A DNA stretch of 64,000 bases, taken from NCBI GenBank assembly GCA_036584525.1, contig JAZHDG010000035.1, positions 4,839 to 68,838 of the forward strand, written 5' to 3'. Positions 60,198 to 64,000 of this stretch are shown here, piece by piece. The stretch's first letter is position 1. Each line of letters begins with the position of its first letter. Under the pieces are notes generated by a model that saw nothing but the letters and a program-made list of their open reading frames with translations, did not search any database and was not told the DNA's origin. A program made the position numbers and the translations under genes. Origin of the DNA: Acholeplasmataceae bacterium. GTDB taxonomy: Bacteria; Bacillota_I; Bacilli_A; Acholeplasmatales; Acholeplasmataceae.

Positions 60198-63100
60198 TTA
60201 AAATTCTAATTCTTCCTCTTCGGTATACGTATTTCCACGATCATAATTAAATAATGATTCTCTTAGAATACCTGTACCTGCTGGAATGAGTCCACCAATG
60301 ATGACATTTTCTTTAAGTCCATGGAGTTCATCCGTTTTACCTTTAATTGCAGCATCCGTTAAGATACGTGTTGTTTCTTGGAAAGATGCAGCTGACAAGA
60401 ATGAATCACTGCGTAGAGATGCTCTTGTAATACCTAATAGAATTGGTCTTCCAACTGCAGGACGTTTGAATTCACTAAATGCTTTCTTATTGGCGCGTTT
60501 GAATTCAGAAACAGACACTTCAGTACCTGGAAGTAATTCGGTATCGCCTTCGGTAACAATCGAAATTCGACGCAACATTTGACGAATGATTAATTCGATA
60601 TGTTTATCACTAATTTCTACACCTTGTGCACGATAAACTTTTTGAACTTCTTCTAGGATATACATTTCAGCGGCTTCAGCAGAAACAACTCTAAGTAATT
60701 CTTTAGGACTAATAGAACCTGGTGTAAGTCTTTGACCAGCTTTCACTGAAGAACCTTTTCTAACAAAAGCTTCGATATTTGGATCTACAGTGTATTTATA
60801 TTCTTTATCTTGTGCATCGACGACGGTAATAATTGAAATACCACCACGTTGACGATCAATCGATTTAACTTTACCATCAACTTCACTAATGACCGCTTTA
60901 CCTTTTGGATTACGGGCTTCGAAAAGTTCTTGAATACGTGGAAGACCTTGTGTAATGTCAGATGCTGATGCAACCCCACCAGTATGGAAGGTTCTCATGG
61001 TTAACTGAGTACCAGGTTCACCAATTGATTGAGCAGCTACAACACCAACGGCTTCACCGACTTCAACTCTCGTGTTCGTTGCTAAGTTTCTACCATAGCA
61101 CTTCGCACATACACCATTTTCTGAATTACATGTGAGGTTACTACGGATTTCAACGCTCTTGATTTCAGCGTTAATGATTTGATGGCCAATTTCTTCAGTA
61201 ATAAGTTCATTACGATGAACTAAAACTGCTTTTGTTTTTGGATGTGTAACATCTTTACTTGCATAACGACCAACGATACGATCATATAATGGAACGATTT
61301 CTTTGGTGTCATCCATAACAGAAGACATCACAACACCTTTTTCAGTACCACAATCTTCATCAACCACAATGACATCTTGGCTAACGTCAACTAAACGACG
61401 TGTTAAGTATCCAGATTCAGCAGTTTTTAACGCTGTATCTGTAGAACCTTTGCGGGCACCATGGGTTGAAATAAAGAACTCTGACACGGTTAAACCTTCT
61501 CTAAATGATGCTTGTACTGGAACTTCAATTGTTTCACCCTTAGGGTTACTCATGAGTCCACGCATACCAGCAAGCTGTGCGAAGTTTGATGCATTACCAC
61601 GGGCACCAGAATCTGACATCATATAAATATTATTATCTTTATCAAACTCTTCCATTAAGCCTTTTTGGATATCATCACGTGCTTCACGCCATTGTTTAAT
61701 AACGAGTTCACGACGTTCGCTATCGGTTAACATACCATCTTCATACCAAGATGTAATTTCTTCAATGTTTTGATTTGTTAATTCGATACGTTCAGCCTTT
61801 TTAGAATACACATTAATATCAGCAAACGATACGGTAATACCGGCGACTGTTGAATATTTGAATCCTAAATCTTTTAAGCGGTCAAGCATCTTCGATGTTT
61901 CACTTATATGTAATTGCTTAAAGACTTGTGCAATAATTTGTGATAAGAATTTCTTTTTAAAAGGTCCTGGAATTGGAATGTGTTTTAATGCTTCTTTTGG
62001 ATTTTGACCTTTCGCCATAAAATAGATATCTGGTGTTTGTTTTTCTAAGTTTTCAACAGTAGGTTCATTTAAGTAAGGGAATGTTGGCGGTAGAATACGA
62101 TTGAAAATGAGCTTACCTAATGTTGTCACTAAATATTTATTTTGTTGTGTTTCAGAGAAATTTTGATGGATTGATTTTGGTTCAATTAAAATACGTGTGT
62201 GTAATCCAATTTCACCTTGTTGATATGCCATGTAAGCTTCATCAAAACTGATGAAGAAATGACCTTCATTACGATGCTTAATTTGGTGTTCTTTTTGGCG
62301 TTCTTCTGAGCGATAACCACCAAGTGTACGATGTAATGATTCTTCAATCGTTAAATAATAGTTTCCTAAAACCATATCTTGAGATGGTGTAACAACTGGC
62401 TTACCATCTTTAGGGTTAAGAATGTTATTAGAAGCAAGCATTAAGAGTCTAGCTTCAGCTTGTGCTTCGTGAGAAAGTGGAACGTGGACAGCCATTTGGT
62501 CACCATCAAAATCCGCGTTAAACGCTGGGGTAACAAGTGGATGTAGACGAATCGCTTTACCATCAATCAATTTAGGTTCAAATGCTTGAATACCAAGTCT
62601 ATGAAGTGTTGGTGCACGGTTTAGTAATACTGGATGTTCTTTCACAACCTTTTCTAAAGCTGCCCAAACATCATCATCCATCTTTTCGTATTTACTATTT
62701 GCATTTTTCTTAGCATTAGCATCATTTCCAGAAAGCTTTTGAAGTTCTCTTAAGACGAATGGCTTGAATAAAATAATGGCCATTTCTCTTGGGATACCAC
62801 ATTGATACATTTCTAAGTCTGGCCCAACAATAATTACGGAACGTCCTGAATAATCAACACGTTTACCAAGTAAGTTTTGTCTAAAGCGGCCTTGCTTACC
62901 ACGTAACATATCGGATAATGATTTTAAGTGACGGTTACGCTCAACGGCTGCTTTTTTGCCACGTTTTGCATTATCAAATAAAGCATCAACAGCTTCTTGA
63001 AGCATACGTTTTTCATTTTTTGTAATCAAACGTGGTGCCATTTGTTCTTTTTGCTTCTTCAAACGGTTATTACGGTTAAGAATACGACGATAAAGATCAT

Positions 63101-64000
63101 TTAAATCGGTTGTCGCAAATCTTCCACCATCTAAAGCAACCATTGGACGAAGATCTGGTGGAATGACTGGAATTACATCCATGACCATCCATTCAGGTTT
63201 ATTATCTGAATTGTTGAAAGCTTCAACAACTTCTAAACGTTTAATAATCTTTTCACGTTTTTGTTTAGAACTTGTTTTTAACTTTTTGCGTAATGATTTA
63301 ACTTCTTTATCCAAATCAAGTTCTTGAAGTAATTTTTTTACAGCTTCAGCACCTGTTAAGGCAGTAAAACGGCTACCATATTCTTCAGTTAATGCACTGT
63401 AATCTTGTTCAGATAAGATTTGTTTACGAGCAAGTGGTGCAGTTCCTGGATCTGTAACAATATAAGATGCATGATATACAACTTCTTCTAGTGCTTTCGC
63501 TTTAATGCCTAATAAGATCGCAAGACGTGAGGGTGAGTTTTTCAAATACCATGTATGAACAACTGGAGCTTCTAGTTCAATATGCCCCATGCGTTCTCTG
63601 CGAACTTTAGATTCAGTAATTTCAATGCCACACTTTTGACAAATTTGGCCTTTATTACCACTTTGTTTTTTTCCGCATGCGCATTGATAATCTCTTGTAG
63701 GTCCAAAGATTTGTTCACAAAATAATCCACCAATTTCAGGTTTAGATGTCCGGTAGTTAATGGTTTCGTGTGTCTTCACTTCACCATAAGACCATTGTCT
63801 AATTTCATCAGGTGATGCTAAACGAATCTTTAAATGACTATAAGTACGACTGCCATAGCCTTTACGAATTGGTTGAACATGACGATGAATTCGTTCTTGA
63901 AGATCAATATCTACGATTGGATCAACAATCTCTTCAACTTCAACAACTTCTTCTTCAACATGAACATGCTCTTTTAACGCATCAAAACCATATAATTCTA
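60198..64000 (-). CDS. rpoC: DNA-directed RNA polymerase beta' subunit; the frame is open to the right window edge, so the N-terminus is not in the window
   Basis: Conserved NADFDGDQM plus zinc-binding Cys. The track's GTG 63779 lies inside the conserved N-terminal segment [18 protein letters not shown]. The 73 codons upstream of it contain no stop and no ATG/GTG/TTG. Confidence 0.97.
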   Translation of the reverse strand, partial: ELYGFDALKEHVHVEEEVVEVEEIVDPIVDIDLQERIHRHVQPIRKGYGSRTYSHLKIRLASPDEIRQWSYGEVKTHETINYRTSKPEIGGLFCEQIFGPTRDYQCACGKKQSGNKGQICQKCGIEITESKVRRERMGHIELEAPVVHTWYLKNSPSRLAILLGIKAKALEEVVYHASYIVTDPGTAPLARKQILSEQDYSALTEEYGSRFTALTGAEAVKKLLQELDLDKEVKSLRKKLKTSSKQKREKIIKRLEVVEAFNNSDNKPEWMVMDVIPVIPPDLRPMVALDGGRFATTDLNDLYRRILNRNNRLKKQKEQMAPRLITKNEKRMLQEAVDALFDNAKRGKKAAVERNRHLKSLSDMLRGKQGRFRQNLLGKRVDYSGRSVIIVGPDLEMYQCGIPREMAIILFKPFVLRELQKLSGNDANAKKNANSKYEKMDDDVWAALEKVVKEHPVLLNRAPTLHRLGIQAFEPKLIDGKAIRLHPLVTPAFNADFDGDQMAVHVPLSHEAQAEARLLMLASNNILNPKDGKPVVTPSQDMVLGNYYLTIEESLHRTLGGYRSEERQKEHQIKHRNEGHFFISFDEAYMAYQQGEIGLHTRILIEPKSIHQNFSETQQNKYLVTTLGKLIFNRILPPTFPYLNEPTVENLEKQTPDIYFMAKGQNPKEALKHIPIPGPFKKKFLSQIIAQVFKQLHISETSKMLDRLKDLGFKYSTVAGITVSFADINVYSKKAERIELTNQNIEEITSWYEDGMLTDSERRELVIKQWREARDDIQKGLMEEFDKDNNIYMMSDSGARGNASNFAQLAGMRGLMSNPKGETIEVPVQASFREGLTVSEFFISTHGARKGSTDTALKTAESGYLTRRLVDVSQDVIVVDEDCGTEKGVVMSSVMDDTKEIVPLYDRIVGRYASKDVTHPKTKAVLVHRNELITEEIGHQIINAEIKSVEIRSNLTCNSENGVCAKCYGRNLATNTRVEVGEAVGVVAAQSIGEPGTQLTMRTFHTGGVASASDITQGLPRIQELFEARNPKGKAVISEVDGKVKSIDRQRGGISIITVVDAQDKEYKYTVDPNIEAFVRKGSSVKAGQRLTPGSISPKELLRVVSAEAAEMYILEEVQKVYRAQGVEISDKHIELIIRQMLRRISIVTEGDTELLPGTEVSVSEFKRANKKAFSEFKRPAVGRPILLGITRASLRSDSFLSAASFQETTRILTDAAIKGKTDELHGLKENVIIGGLIPAGTGILRESLFNYDRGNTYTEEEELEF

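Overview
Dense, AT-rich (roughly 30-33% GC by eye) housekeeping chromosome segment. It comes from a low-GC Firmicute/Mollicute-type bacterium; gene content and synteny look Acholeplasma- or Erysipelotrichia-like, but the organism cannot be proven from the sequence alone. The standard code applies: TGA is used as a stop (for example in aroA, plsX and the ABC genes), so this is not a code-4 Mycoplasma. About 90% is coding and almost every gene is on the minus strand. Content from left to right: (1) a partial Ig-repeat surface protein that the ORF track misses; (2) a heterodimeric ABC exporter and an XRE/TPR-like regulator; (3) nth-dnaD-rnc-plsX-recG; (4) a seven-gene aromatic amino acid (aro) operon behind a terminator-containing leader; (5) pdxR divergent from pdxST; (6) mscL, degV, a HAD phosphatase, rlmH and an MBL hydrolase; (7) a 974-aa duplicated PrsA-like lipoprotein; (8) yhaM, cca and yigZ; (9) the full F1Fo ATP synthase operon (atpZ-I-B-E-F-H-A-G-D-C plus a ywzB-like small ORF) behind rpiB-upp; (10) typA; (11) prfA-prmC-tsaC; (12) dps; (13) dnaB; (14) a gdpP ORF fused in frame to rplI; (15) rpsF-ssb-rpsR; (16) tatD-htrA-pncC; (17) the str operon rpsL-rpsG-fusA-tuf; (18) a 4.8-kb insertion between rpoC and rpsL carrying psuK-psuG and an SPT-like alpha-oxoamine synthase/SDR/FNT operon; (19) rpoC, whose frame stays open to the right edge. 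I found no tRNA, rRNA, CRISPR array, IS element or prophage gene. The leads most worth follow-up are the candidate long-chain-base lipid operon, the GdpP-L9 fusion, a possible rpoB-rpoC fusion, and a Tyr-codon leader-peptide attenuator in front of the aro operon. All functional calls rest on motif recognition and synteny from memory. No database search was run.
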